A stretch of 49,202 bases of DNA, from positions 1,277,934-1,327,135 of the forward strand of contig BCKQ01000003.1 in the NCBI GenBank assembly GCA_001600695.1. The letters are read 5' to 3'. Below, one piece after another: positions 22,501-35,200 of the stretch; the first letter of the stretch is position 1, and the number at the start of each line of letters is the position of its first letter. The position numbers were made by a program, and so were the translations under genes. This DNA is from Ascoidea asiatica JCM 7603. Lineage: Eukaryota; Fungi; Ascomycota. The notes beneath the pieces are model-generated. The model was given only the letters and a program-made list of their open reading frames with translations, did not search any database and had not been told where the DNA came from.

Positions 22501-24230
22501 AATTTTGAATTAAATTTTATAAATTTTAAATCATTTTTCCAAGAACTTAAAAGAATATCTTTATAATATGGCATTCCAATTAAATTTAAAGATTTTGAAT
22601 AATCATTAATATTAAAAATTTGATTTTTATTAATATTATTATAATTTTGAAAATTTGGTAAAGAATTTGGATAAATTAAATTTTTTAAAGAATTATCATT
22701 AAAATAAATTGGAATATTTGTTGAATCAATTGACCATAAATGTAAAGAATTATAATTATCAGAAAAAGATAAAAAATTACCACTTGGAGAAAAATCTAAA
22801 GTATTAATATATAAATTATTTGTAAATTGATATAATTGAAAATTAGCTTGATTAAAAATATCTAAGAATTGAACTTGACCAGATTGAGAAGAAATTAAGA
22901 TTGTATTTGATAATTTTGGATGAATTTTTATAAATGAAGGACCTGCTTGAAAAGATAAAGGTGGAGAAGATTTTAACATTCTTAAATCATAAACATTAAT
23001 TAAAGGATCAATAATATTTGAATTTAATCTTTTTGAAGTACCAGAAGTTACTAAAATATTATTTTTTAAATCCATATTTAAAAATGAATTTGAATGACAT
23101 TTAAAAGATTTAATAATTTGAAAATTTGAAATAGAATCAATTAAATCTAATTCACCATTTGATTTTGCAATTGCAAGAATTTTTGAAGTTGAATTTATAA
23201 AAACTGGATGATTATTTAATAAATTTGAAGAAATTGAAGATGATATATTATTATTAATATTATTATTTGATTCATTAATATTTGAATTATATAAAGGAAT
23301 TTTAGATAATTTTGAAAAATTTGGTTTATTTAAATCTAAATTTATTAAATAATTATTTAAAGAACCAATAATTAAATTATTTGAATTTGAATTTGAATTT
23401 GGATTTGAATTTAATTTTGAATTATCTAAAAAAGACATACATTTTAAATTTTTGAAATTTATTTTATTTTCATTTTGAATATTATTAATATTATTATTAA
23501 TATTATTATTTATATTATTATTTATATTATTACTTGTAAGATATAATTTTGGTACACCAGTAATATTTGAAATTTTTAAAGAATCATTTGATAAAGAAAT
23601 AATTTGATTTGAGATTGTTGAATTTGAGATTGAATTTGTCATTGAATTTAATTTTTTTAAATTTAATAAACTTAAAATTGGAGAATTATTTGAATTTGAT
23701 AAAAAACTTGAATAAAAAGATAATTCATTTGAATTATATGAAGATATATAACCTTTTGAATCACCTAACCAAATTAATTCATGAGAATCATCAAATAATA
23801 TTGAAGTTTGATGTCTTGGTTTATTATGAGGATTTACGGCAATTGTAATTCCAACTGAACCTGGAGAATTCATTGAATTCAAAGAATTTATTGAATTCAT
23901 TGAGTTCATTGAGTTTATAGAATTCATTGAATTCATTGAATTCATTAAATTCAGTTGATTACTTAAATTATTCATATTATTCATACCATTTATACCATTC
24001 ATACCATTTATACCATTTATACCATTCATTCCATTCATTGATGGCATACCAGTTATTGGATTAACGCCATGCAAACCATTTATTATATTATTACTATTGT
24101 TATTGTTATTGCTATTGTTGTTATTAATATTATTATTATTATTAGCTAAATTAGCAGCAGCATGTTGATAAATAAGCTTATCATTTGGAATTCTGATTGG
24201 CTGTACATTGATTTCTCGCCAACCTTCCAT
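19590..24230 (-). CDS. PAN2: Pan2 poly(A) nuclease catalytic subunit
   Basis: MEGW N-terminus, WD40 region, YSKFGINDFDF and pseudo-UCH domain, and a DEDD exonuclease domain (VAIDAEFV, GHGLTNDF, HDSIEDA). Confidence 0.96.
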   Translation of the reverse strand: MEGWREINVQPIRIPNDKLIYQHAAANLANNNNNINNNNSNNNNNSNNIINGLHGVNPITGMPSMNGMNGINGINGMNGINGMNNMNNLSNQLNLMNSMNSMNSINSMNSMNSINSLNSMNSPGSVGITIAVNPHNKPRHQTSILFDDSHELIWLGDSKGYISSYNSNELSFYSSFLSNSNNSPILSLLNLKKLNSMTNSISNSTISNQIISLSNDSLKISNITGVPKLYLTSNNINNNINNNINNNINNIQNENKINFKNLKCMSFLDNSKLNSNPNSNSNSNNLIIGSLNNYLINLDLNKPNFSKLSKIPLYNSNINESNNNINNNISSSISSNLLNNHPVFINSTSKILAIAKSNGELDLIDSISNFQIIKSFKCHSNSFLNMDLKNNILVTSGTSKRLNSNIIDPLINVYDLRMLKSSPPLSFQAGPSFIKIHPKLSNTILISSQSGQVQFLDIFNQANFQLYQFTNNLYINTLDFSPSGNFLSFSDNYNSLHLWSIDSTNIPIYFNDNSLKNLIYPNSLPNFQNYNNINKNQIFNINDYSKSLNLIGMPYYKDILLSSWKNDLKFIKFNSKLPKKIDNELLLKSKKIDGISFVNYDKLKYGPRNLYQIYESLDKSKKKNLPVPKFISEKSIKKHSAHNFIDNNNNNNNTNTENINFMDNEKDFSFNSIGSNSTKLSKNENKDKFNKKNNSNKDNNNNNNIIAIENQSSESDGYSSSDYDYDDDELSIKDKIFQIENSKENPNEIPRAFKKLEILYSKFGINDFDFNFYNKSKKYSGLETNIENSYINPILQIYRFIPEIFNFVLHNLKYDYLSSEIIEANNKSYSPGHISSILTEYGYLLDMIIKAKGKHCRPYNFQIIFSSNPQALALGLVNYNDDLKFKISNQNDSEENYLKNLIQSFNRFFLNRLSYDEKKQNEFKIKVKKNQMDNNYDDINTDSSNSSIKENDLNDSCNNETSDYSSMTYDSYSLNKKEEDKSGFKKKLKIKKIQKFNNKTNSTIESICGLDLESQVQTSSCKLIKQKYEIIFSLDVFAPITTSSNLRYNESPNFFYQNLNKSHNNVPASILPYIENSMNRSSTTRGWCEKCQKYQPMETTRIIRNLPKVLTMNLNITKDEWNEIRQSISKKIYYPKNQQPKNWLCREFYAKLSNTSQRPILKANFNDFNMGHRPGSSNSIPDNFDFPNDNLSGLSSPIKNSNRFNKKNYNNEIIRYEMIGYVAEISGNNEESSHLVSFIKIYDENKGNNSYKWYLFNDFLVMPIREEEVFNLSYWWKTPVVLIYQSIQATKEFNYDLGKDINDEILYKDFFAQGTREGKIIEYELLTREEAPVPGTLVAIDAEFVTLVPEEVELRSDGTRSVLKPQKQSLARVSVIRGDNGPKEGIPFIDDYIVTRSEIADYVTKFSGIERGDLNPAISKRPLVYLEVAFRKLWLLLQLGCVFIGHGLTNDFRIINIQVPKDQVRDTIELYFKPDQKRKLSLKFLSYILLNSDVQQGNHDSIEDALSALRLYKKYLELKAIGDFDRVLDDIYYQGQRLRFKPPPKN

Positions 24231-24904
24231 TTTTTTTTTAATAAACTTTCTAATATAATTTAAATTTCTTATTATTCCAATGATTTTTGAATTTTCCTAT
24301 ATATATATTTATATTTATATTTATATATATATATTAAAGAAAGAATATGTATGTGATAAAGAGATTAAAAGGGGAATACGAATATGAATGTGAATATGAT
24401 ATTTTTTCTTCTCGGAATCATATACTTTAACATGAATGTTTGCTTGAGAGATTTATAACTTTAGTTTGAGTTTATATATTAAATTGTAAATGATAATCTT
24501 ATCAGAATATTATTATTTTATAATTTGATCAACAATAAATAGTGTTGTTGAAAGGGACCTTCTTTTGATTGTTTATTTCAGATGTGATTTAAGTTGGCCT
24601 GCTCCCTGGCAGATAAGTCAGCTGGAATTGCCGCTTTCTCTGCCACAACAAAAACCAAAACCAAAACCAAAACCAAAACCAAAACCAGCGTTATCAGCTC
24701 ACATCACCGGCTGCGGAAGACCGAAAGAAGAACTCGGACACGGAACAGCATGAAATGCCACGGCTGAGGTAATGTGTTACGTAATCACTTTGATTAGCCA
24801 CAAAAAATGATATTGTGGAGCGGTAAACGTGGCGGTGAAATGAGTAGTCAGCAATTACGTAATCCAATGACCATTTCCTATTTTGGATATTTTCAGAGCT
24901 TATA

Positions 24905-24961
24905 CTACTTTGTACTTTGTACTTTGTACTTTGTACTTTGTGCTTTGTACTTTGTACTTTG
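24905..24961 (+). repeat. Heptamer tandem repeat (TACTTTG)n
   Basis: About 8 near-perfect copies in the PAN2-RPM2 intergenic region. Confidence 0.85.
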
Positions 24962-25297
24962 ATAAGGATTAGATTATTAATTTATTATTATTTTATTATT
25001 TTATGATTTATTGTATTATGATTGTATTATGACTTTATTGCTATATCAAGAAGAAATGAGTATATAAAATGATAGAATCCATACGAATTTGAAAAAAAAA
25101 AATGAGTTTGATGATTTTGGTGATTAGAATTAAAACTTTGAATGAAATAAAAAAAAGAAGAAAGAATGGAAAAAAAATCTAGGAATAACACATTTAACTT
25201 TCAATTGAATATTAAAGTTAAAGAGAACAAAAACAAATAGAAAAGTAAAAAAAAAAGAAGTGAAAAAAAACTGAAAAAAATTTTGACATGAAAAACA

Positions 25298-25334
<37 letters not shown>

Positions 25335-25446
25335 TTTTTTAGGATGTAAAATTAAAATAAAATAAAAGAATTTATGAGATTAAAAGAAATGAGAAATGTT
25401 AGTAGTTAAGTGTGCATTTGAATAAATTTTTTTAAAATTTTATAAA

Positions 25447-25910
25447 TTATATTAATTTTATAACATCCAATACAAAATTTTTTTCATTATTTGAAATATT
25501 ATTTTTAACATCAAAAAATAATTTTAAAAATTGATTTTCATTAAAATTATCTAATTTTTCTTTATTAAAATCTTCATCATCTTGAAATTCTTTATTTAAA
25601 GAATTTGAAAAATTTATACCATATGTTTGTAACATTTTAATAAAATTATCATATAATAAAATTTTAAAATTATTTAATAAATTAAATTGCATAAAAAAAT
25701 TTTGTTGACTTTTATTATTAATTAATTCAAAATTATTATTATTTTGAATTTCTTTAATACTTTCTTGAAAATTTAAATTTAAATTATATTGCATATAATA
25801 ATTATCTAAATTTTCAAATAATTCAAAAATTAAAGTTGAATGAATATAAATTATATTAAAAATTTCTAATTTATCATCTTCACATAAATCATTATCATTA
25901 TTTAATTTCA

Positions 25911-25943
<33 letters not shown>

Positions 25944-27927
25944 TTAAATTATTATTATATTTATTAACAAATAAATTTTTAAATCTTAAATGATTCCAAT
26001 ATTCATAAAATATATTTAAAATTCCAAAATATTTATTATTTTCAATATTATTATTATTACCATTTTCAATAAATTCATAAAATTTATTTAATTTAAAATT
26101 ATTTAAACATGATTTAAAAAAATCACTTTTTAAAAAATTATTAAAATTAAATTTATTACCTAATTTTAATTCATTTAAAAAAATTTTATTTGAAATTAAT
26201 TTTAATAAAATATCATTTGAATTAAATTTATTAACATTATTAATATAAAAATTTAAAATTAATAAAATTTCATTAAATTGAAAATTTAAATTTTTTAACA
26301 TATATTCAATTAATTTTAAAAAATTATCTAAATTTAAATTTTGAATTAATAATTTTGAATTATTTGTTAATTCATATTTATAATTTAAATTTAAATTTAA
26401 ATTTAAATTATTTTTATTAATTGGTGGTTGTTTAAATTTTAAAAATTCTTCAATAATATTATCTTTTTTTCTAAGAATTAAAGAATTTAAATATGAAGAA
26501 ATAATAGAATTTATATTTTGATTATTAAAAATTGAAGAATTTAAAAATAATTTAATTTTTTCATCATTATTATTATTGATTAAAAAATTTGATAAATTTG
26601 GAATGTTATTATTATCTTTTATAGGACTATTATTATTATTATTATTATTATTAATAATAATATTATTATGAAGTGGAGTTGATAAAAGTATATGATTATT
26701 ATTTATAAATTTTAAAAAAATTTCATCAATTAAATCTGAATTTTTTGAATTTATATTTGATAAAAAAGTTAAAAAAATATCATTATGATTATTAATTAAA
26801 TTATTTGAATTTGAATTAATTTTAATAATATTAAATTTTAAAAATTTATTAAAAATTTGATAACCTTTATTAAAATTATAGTTTATTAGAGAAATAATAT
26901 ATGAATTTATAACATTATTTAATTGAATATAATTTTTTTCATCAATATTATAATAATTTGAATTTGAATTTGAATTTGAATTTGAATTGGATATTGTTTT
27001 ATTTTTAATTGATAAAAGAATTGAATCTAAAATTTTAGTTGATAAATTAATTTGATTTAAATTTATTAAAGAATTTAATAATATTGAATAAATTTGAAAT
27101 TGATAATTTAAAAGAGATTTATTAATTAATGAATTTTTTTTAAAATCATTATATAAAATAATTAAATAATTAAAATTTTTATTTAAAAAAATTGAATTTT
27201 TTGAAATATATTTTATTAAAGATAAATAATAAATTTCATTTTTAAATTTAAAAATTTTTTTAAATTTATTAAAATTTTCAATTGAATTAAATTTATAATT
27301 AAATAAATTTATACCAATTAATAAATTATCATAAATTAATTGATTAAAAGAATGTAAATTTTTTAAATTTGAAGCTAAAAAAATATCTATAGCTAATTTA
27401 AAATAATCATTACCATTATTTATTGTATTATCTTGAGAATTTAATTTAAAAGAATTTAAAGAACCAGAAAGTAAACCATTTAAAACTAAATTATAAGTTA
27501 ATGAATTTGGTTTTAAATTATTTAAAATTATATCTGAATAAACATTTAATAAATTTGTTAATTTTTCTTCAATTGATTCATAAATTAAATTTCTTTTAAT
27601 TAAAGATTGTAAAACAATATTAAATAAATTTAAAGAAATTTTTAAATTATTTCTTTTAATTGATTGATAAATTGGAAAAATTTTAATATAATTTTTTGAA
27701 ATTAAAGAATTATTAATATTTAAAATAAGAGATTTATGAAATTCATTATTATTTAAAACTTCTTTATTTATATCTATTGGTTTTATATCAATATTTATAT
27801 CAATATTTGTGTCAATATTTGTGTCAATATTTATATCAGTTTTTGAATTTGAAGTTATTGGAATAGATTTATTATTATTAATAATATTTTTTTGAATATT
27901 AAGATAATTTAAATTTAAAATATTTGA

Positions 27928-27971
<44 letters not shown>

Positions 27972-28692
27972 CAAATTTAGATATATCATTATTTATATTA
28001 TTATTTATATTACTTTTGTTATTATTGTTATTATTGTTATTATTGTTATAAGATAATTGAATATTATCAATTTCTTTATCGGCGCTTAAATTTTTTTTAT
28101 CATTATTATTATTATTATTATTATTTAAAAGAGTATTTGATTGAATATTGGATTGAATATTGGATTGAATAGATGAATTTGATAAAGAAATAATTTGATT
28201 TAATCTTTTTTGAATATAATCATTTTGTAATTGAATTAATGGATTTAGTTTTATATCATGATTTATATTTGATATTATACTATTATTATTATTAATTGGT
28301 AAGTTATTATTAATATATTTATCAGATTTATAAAAATCTATATCTAAAATTGATGATCTTGTTGTTAATATAGAATAATTATCATTATCATTATCATTAT
28401 CATTATCATTTGAATTATTATTATTTGTATTGTTATTGGAATTATTATTATTATTATTATTATAATTTTGATTAATTGAAGTTGTAAATGGATCTATATT
28501 TAAAGTAAAATTATATAAACCAGTTGATTGTTTTGGATAATTTGAATTTTTTTTATAATTATATTTATAATTATTATTTGTTGTAAATAAATCATGATTT
28601 GTAGTTTGATTATAATTTTTTAAATGAAATGCACTATCAAAAAATGATGGAGTTTTAAATGATGAATTTCTTACAAAATTTTTAAAAACCAT
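25447..28692 (-). CDS. RPM2: Mitochondrial RNase P protein subunit Rpm2 (PPR-like)
   Basis: N-terminal MVFKNF...SFFDS and the block KNYIKIFPIYQSIKRNNL...LLNVYSDIILNNLKPNSLTYNLVL...NGNDYFKLAIDIF match recalled S. cerevisiae Rpm2. Confidence 0.85.
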
Positions 28693-28999
28693 TATGAAAT
28701 AGAAGTTTAATAAATTAGCAAATGTGGATATAAATGAAATAAAAGAGATATAAATCTAAATGGATCTTAAAAGATGGAAATGATTCATAAAGGAAATGAA
28801 ATAAAATGAATAAATAAATAGGATAGGATAGATGATATATGAATAGATATTGATAGATATATAAAGCCAAGAAGAAGAAGAAGAAATAGAATAAAGATGA
28901 ATAAAGCAATATTTAATAAATGATTTAATAAATGATTTAATATTTAGTATTTAGTATTTAGTATTTAGTATTTAGTAGATATAAAGATTGTAGATTATT

Positions 29000-29350
29000 A
29001 GTCAAGCGCTGAGAGAAACAGATCTACACCAGCCACAGCACACGCCACCAGCGGGTCTTTCAGCGGCCTGCGACTGGCCACGGGGAAGCAGAGCTGTGGC
29101 GCGGCGGCGTGTGCTTCGCGGAAGTGCCGCAAAACGCGCGCTGCACGAGAACCCGCGGTGCCAGTTTTGACGCCGGCAAAAGCGCCGCCGCTGATTGGCC
29201 AGAACCTGCCGCCGGCCCCCGGCGCGGTTTTCTTTTATTTCCGTCCGCCAACAGCATCCACAAACCTGGACTCAACCAGAAATTATTTTTGGATGTTGTC
29301 ACGTGGCTGTTTAGTCTCGTGACGCGTTTCTCAAATTGCACTCGGGTCAC
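29000..29350. promoter_or_regulatory. GC-rich divergent promoter between RPM2 and MRPL15
   Basis: Sharp GC island containing TGATTGG (CCAAT box, 29192-29198), GTCACGTG (29298-29305) and ACGCGT (29322-29327). Confidence 0.65.
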
Positions 29351-29663
29351 ATGTACTTACCTAATATGCTTTCTTTCCTTTTTTTTTCTATGCTGTTTTT
29401 TTTCCACTTTTTCACCGTGGAGAATTGAATAATAAATTTTGAAAAAGAAGGTGAAAATAATTGAAATTTATCAATTAGAACTAACAGTAAGTAAATGATT
29501 GAATGATTGAATGATTGAATGATTCAATGAATGAATATTGGTTATTGATTGAGTTACATTGAAGTTATTTACTTATATCCAAGAGATACAAGAACAAAAA
29601 GAGTAAATTCATTACTTACATTCAATTTATTATAATCTATAAACTTTTATATCTTATTTTAAA

Positions 29664-30536
29664 ATGAATTCAATATCAATTTATTCTCAAATATCTAAAA
29701 AATTATTATTATCTAAAAAATTATCTTTAAATCTATTAAATAATCATAAATTTTCAATAATATCTTCATTAATTAATCCAAATTTATCATTTAATCGTTC
29801 AATTATAATTCAATCAAATAATTCTCAATTTAAATCTCAATTTAAATCTCAATTTACTACTCAAATTAATAATAATAATAATGATAATAACAATGATAAA
29901 ATTACTGGAAAATTAAAAGATCCAAATATTTATTTAAAAAATTTTAATGGTATAATTTATTCAAATAATCAAAATAATTTAAAATATATTAAATTTTATT
30001 TATCAAATTATGATAAAAATATTTTTAATAATAATAATCAATTATCTGATAATTTATTATTACAAGTCTTAACTCATAAATCTTTTGCTCATGGTAAAAA
30101 ACCATATAATGAAAAATTATCAATCTTAGGTTCTCATTATTTAAAATTTTATACTTCAATTTACTCTATTCACACTTCAACAAATACAACCATTAATAAT
30201 TCTCAAAATAATATTATAATAAATAATTTAAATTTTAATAATTTAGGTAATAATTTTGAAAAATTATTATTCTCAAAAATTATATTATCAGAATATTTAA
30301 GATTATCAAAATTATCAAAAATTATATTTTGGAAAAAAAAAAATCCAATTATAATTAATTCAAAAATTTCTGGTGAAAATTCTGTTTATTTTGATACTTT
30401 TAATGCTTTAATTGGTTTATTAATTTTAAAAAAAGGTACTATTTATACTTCTAATTTTATTAAAAATTATTTATTAAATGAAAATATTAATATAAATTTA
30501 ATTTCATTATCTAAAAATCATTTATTAAAAACTTAA
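29664..30536 (+). CDS. MRPL15: Mitochondrial ribosomal protein mL57 (RNase III-like fold)
   Basis: LQVLTHKSFAHGKKPYNEKLSILG and ALIG motifs, plus a basic presequence. Confidence 0.9.
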   Translation: MNSISIYSQISKKLLLSKKLSLNLLNNHKFSIISSLINPNLSFNRSIIIQSNNSQFKSQFKSQFTTQINNNNNDNNNDKITGKLKDPNIYLKNFNGIIYSNNQNNLKYIKFYLSNYDKNIFNNNNQLSDNLLLQVLTHKSFAHGKKPYNEKLSILGSHYLKFYTSIYSIHTSTNTTINNSQNNIIINNLNFNNLGNNFEKLLFSKIILSEYLRLSKLSKIIFWKKKNPIIINSKISGENSVYFDTFNALIGLLILKKGTIYTSNFIKNYLLNENININLISLSKNHLLKT

Positions 30537-30562
30537 TATCTTAAATTACTCTTCTCTTTATT

Positions 30563-30570
30563 TGTAAATA
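30563..30570 (+). promoter_or_regulatory. Puf3 element in the MRPL15 3' UTR
   Basis: TGTAAATA 27 nt after the stop codon. Confidence 0.65.
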
Positions 30571-30617
30571 CACATCTTTTATATATATAATAACTTATAT
30601 ATAATTAATAAATTTCT

Positions 30618-31745
30618 TTATTCATTATTATTATTCTCATTTGTATATTTATATATATTATCATTCATATCAAGTGTACCACTATTATCTGCTTGACCTA
30701 TATTATTATTAATTTCATTATTATTAAATTCATTTGAATAACCTTCATTTGAATATCCATCATTAGAATATCCATCATTAGTATATTCATTACCATATCC
30801 ACCTCTACCTCCTCTATACCTTTTAAATCCTCTATTTGAAAATCCTCTACCTCCTCTATTTCTACCACCTCTACCTCTAAATCCATTTCCTCTACTTCGA
30901 AATCCATTACCTCTACTTCGAAATCCTCTAGTTTTATATCCACCTCTATATCCACCACTACCATCATTATTACCATCTTCATTATTATTTTCATAATTAT
31001 TATTACCATAACTATTATTACCATAACTATTATTATCATAACTATTATTACTATATCCATTATTTCCATATCCATTATTATAATTATTATTATTTCCATA
31101 TGTATTATAACTATTATTATCTTCTAAAATTCCTGAATTAACATTTATTCCTTTATTCATCATAATATTTGAATCTAAAGGTATTTCAACATTACCTGAA
31201 TTTATATCATTATTTATATCATTATTCATATTCATATTCATATTATTATTCATATTATTATTTTCAATTTGATCATCATAATAATAAAAATTTTCATTAA
31301 TATTTTGTTCTAATTTTTCATTTTCAACTTGTCCACCATTTATACCTCTACCAAATTGTCTACCTTCTTTAAAACCAGGATCTAAATCAATTTCAATACT
31401 TCTATTATCTAATTTTGTTTTATTTAAATATTTTATTGCTTCTAAAGCAATTTTTGATTCATTATAAATTACAAAACAAAATCCACATGGTGTATTTTGA
31501 AATTTATTTAAACCCATAATTATTTGTTTAATTTCTCCAATTTGTGAAAATAATGAATATATTTGTTCTTCTGTTGTATAAAATGATAATTTTCCAACAT
31601 ATAATGTTGAACTTTCCATTGTTTTTTTTAAAATTTCATATCCATTTCTCTTCCTACCATTCTTCTTAATTAAATATTCTGATGGTTTATCAAGTCTTTC
31701 TGCTGAATTAAAGAAATTTGGTTCTTCAAACTCTGCAAGTGACAT
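30618..31745 (-). CDS. CBC2: Nuclear cap-binding complex small subunit (Cbp20) with a long N/Y/G-rich and RGG tail
   Basis: [51 protein letters not shown]. Confidence 0.95.
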   Translation of the reverse strand: MSLAEFEEPNFFNSAERLDKPSEYLIKKNGRKRNGYEILKKTMESSTLYVGKLSFYTTEEQIYSLFSQIGEIKQIIMGLNKFQNTPCGFCFVIYNESKIALEAIKYLNKTKLDNRSIEIDLDPGFKEGRQFGRGINGGQVENEKLEQNINENFYYYDDQIENNNMNNNMNMNMNNDINNDINSGNVEIPLDSNIMMNKGINVNSGILEDNNSYNTYGNNNNYNNGYGNNGYSNNSYDNNSYGNNSYGNNNYENNNEDGNNDGSGGYRGGYKTRGFRSRGNGFRSRGNGFRGRGGRNRGGRGFSNRGFKRYRGGRGGYGNEYTNDGYSNDGYSNEGYSNEFNNNEINNNIGQADNSGTLDMNDNIYKYTNENNNNE

Positions 31746-32003
31746 CCTAATAGATTTGATTTGAATTGAATTGAGCTTAACTTAACTTAACTTAACTTAA
31801 CTTAACTTAACTTAAATTGATTGATTGATTGATTGCTTTGATTTCCTTATTACTTGTGGATATATATATATTCTCTGTTTCCATTAACAAACTTACTAAA
31901 ATACTCGAATATAATTTTCTATTCCATTTAATTGTTACCTTCTTTGTATTTATTCATTTATTCAAGAAATTGCTTATTTTCTTCAAACAAAATCCGAAGT
32001 GCG

Positions 32004-32011
32004 CCGGGTAA
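32004..32011. promoter_or_regulatory. Reb1-type site upstream of CBC2; similar sites at 35572-35579, 36697-36704 and 1231-1237
   Basis: CCGGGTAA (reverse complement TTACCCGG), recurring about 210-260 bp upstream of CBC2, AEP1 and PRE3. Confidence 0.6.
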
Positions 32012-32164
32012 CACAAAATCCCAAATTTAGAAGTCCCACAAATCTGGCGTCAGTTTTATTTTAAAAAAAATAACCGGATAATGCAATTCCGCACAAAGGA
32101 TACGGATTCAATTAAAAAACATATACGGATTTCTATTTCATTTTCATTTTCATTTTTTTATTTC

Positions 32165-32172
32165 TATTTACA
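32165..32172 (-). promoter_or_regulatory. Puf3 element in the AEP1 3' UTR
   Basis: TGTAAATA on the minus strand about 100 nt after the stop codon. Confidence 0.55.
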
Positions 32173-32273
32173 GTAAACGAACTATTTTCCTCTCACAATC
32201 ACAATCACAATCACAATTACAACGTTGTCTTATTTGACTTCATAGGGACCAATTACAAAAATTCATGGTTCAA

Positions 32274-35200
32274 CTACTTACTTAGTTCTTCCAATAATCC
32301 ACTTCCTCCCTTTTTATCATCATCATCTTCTTCTTCTTCTTCTAAATCGAATTTACTGTCCTTTAAAGGTTCATCAAAATTTTCCTTTGGTTCAAAGTTT
32401 TTAGTTTCAAGTTTTTCAAAATCTGGTTTATAATTTTTTCTAAATATATTTAAAAATATATTTAATTTTCTATTATTACCTTTATAATATAATAAAAGAT
32501 ATATACCAAATCTATTATTAATTTCAATTGATTTATTATTTTGAAATTCTTGAATATATTCATCATAAATTTGAATTAATAAATTTTCTTCAATTTTACT
32601 TATTCTTGAATCTGGTGAAAATTTAATATAATCATTAAAAAATTTATGATCTAATTTTTCTTCTTCATTTTTTTTTTGTAAATTATATTCAACATTATCA
32701 TTAAATTCATTTTCATTAATTTCATTTAATTCATTATAATCATAATTGGAATTTATTAAATTATTATCATTATTATTAAATTCATAATTAAAAACATCTT
32801 CATCTGAATATTTATTTATACTATTAATTGAATTTTTAAGTCTATTTTGATTTACTTTAATTATAGTATTAATTTTTCTTTTAACAATACCTTTATTTCT
32901 TTTAGCCAATACTAAATATAAATTAATATTTGCAATTTGTTTACTAAGTTCAATTTCTTTTTCAATTTCTTTTTCAATTTCTTTTTCATTTTCTTTTTCA
33001 ACATTTTGATTCTTGTTTTCATTTTCAATTTCATTTTTTTTAAAATTGAAATTTATTGAAGGTAAAAATTTATTAAATTTTATAAATCTATAAATCATTG
33101 AAATATTTTCAAATTCAATTAATTTTCTTAAAATTAATCTTTTTGAAACATAACTATTATAAGTATTAGAAATTAAATTATTTTTTTTTTCAGATTCTTG
33201 AAATTTAAAAATTAATTCATTTAATTCAATTTCTCTTGATTTTGAAATAAATTCTTTAAGTTTTTTTTTAGCTAAAAAATCATCATTATAAAAATAAGTA
33301 AATTTATTTAAAATTTCATTAAATAATAAATAAAATACATCTTTTTTATTTAAAAATTTTTTATCAAAAATATTTTTTTCAATTTCTTCAATTTTATTAA
33401 AAATTTCTTCATTATATAAATTATTATTTAATCTTTTATCTTTTAAATAATTTAAATTTAATATATTTTTATTTAAATTAATTAAATCTAATAAATGAAA
33501 TAATTCTTTTGGAGTTTTACAAAAATTTATTAAAGTTCTTAAAATTTCTAAAGTTTTAATTGATTTTGGATCTTTAAAATAAAAATTTAAAACTTTCCAA
33601 TAATTTAATAAATTATTATTCACCACATTCTTTGGTTCTTTATTTTTATTTTTATTTTTATTTTTATTATTATTATTATTTGAATAATCATTTTCATTTT
33701 CAATTCCAATTCCAAATTCATTTTCCATTTCATTATTTTTTTCTAAATATTCATTATAATTTTCATTGATATTTTCATTGATATTTTCATTATTGTTTAA
33801 ATTTTTTTTACGATAAATATATTCATTATTATAAGTTTTTAAAATATATTCTTCAAGAAATAAAATTGAAGGTAAAGATTGTTTTGAATGTAATAAAATA
33901 ATTAAGATAAATTTTGCATCTAAGAGAAAATTTGAATTAATATAAAAAATAAATAAATTATTTAAAATAATTTTATTAAAATCAGAAATTTCAACATTAA
34001 ATTTATTTATAATTATATTAATTAAATTTATAATTATTTTTCTTATTTCATTTTGATTTTTTTCTAATTTTTTTTCAAATTCTTTATTTTTATTATTATT
34101 TGAAGAAATTTTTAAATATGGAGAATTTAAAATATTTTCACCATAATAATTTTTAAATTGAATATAATTATTTAATTTTAATTTTGAATTTAAATAAATT
34201 TTATTATAATAATTTTTTAAATTTTGATTATTTTGATTATTTTGATTATTTTCATGATTATAAATATTATTATTTTTTAATAAAAATAATAAAAATTGAT
34301 TTAAAATTGATTGAAAAGAATCAAAATTTAATAAATCATTATGATTAAATTTATTTTGATTAATAGAATTTATAAAAAATTTTAAAAAATTTAAAATTTG
34401 ATTTAAATTTAAAAAATTAAATTTATTATTAATAATATAATTTAAAGATAAAATTAATTGAGTATCTTTTGTAATGAATAAATTTTTAAATAATTTTTGA
34501 AATTTTGAGTTTTTTGAAAATTCTTCCAATGATTCATTAACTTCATTAATTTCATTAACTTCATTAACTTCATTAGATTCAATAGAGATATTAGAGAGAT
34601 TAAATTGATTAAAGAATAGATCAATATTATTTTTATAATTTGGAATAAGAAATTTTTTAAAATTATTAAAATCATTAAAATTTTTATTAAATTGATTAAA
34701 ATAAATAATTTTTTTATTAAATTGAATAATATTTTTATAATTAAAATTAATAAAATTTTTAAACCAAATTGAATAAACATTTGAATTATTAAAAATTAAT
34801 CTATAATTTCTAATTTTAGTTTCATTAAAATATATTTCATTCTTTAAATTATTATCAGTATTGTTAGTATTGTTAGTATTAGTAGTATTATTATGAATGA
34901 ATTGAAAATGAGAATTAAGATGATGATTTAAATTTAAAATTTTATTAAATTTATAAAGATCTTGAATTAAAAAAAATTCAAATTTTAAATTTTTTATATT
35001 TGAATATTGTAATGGTAATTTTGTAAAAATATCATTAAATATAAATGGATTTATTGAAATTAAATTTGGTATAAAATTATTTAAAAATTTATTATTATTT
35101 AAATTTATAAATGGATGAATAATATTTGAAGGTATTGGTAAATTTTTTAAATAATAATCATTTGAATAAATTTTTTTTTTTCTTTTTATTGTTTTTTTAT

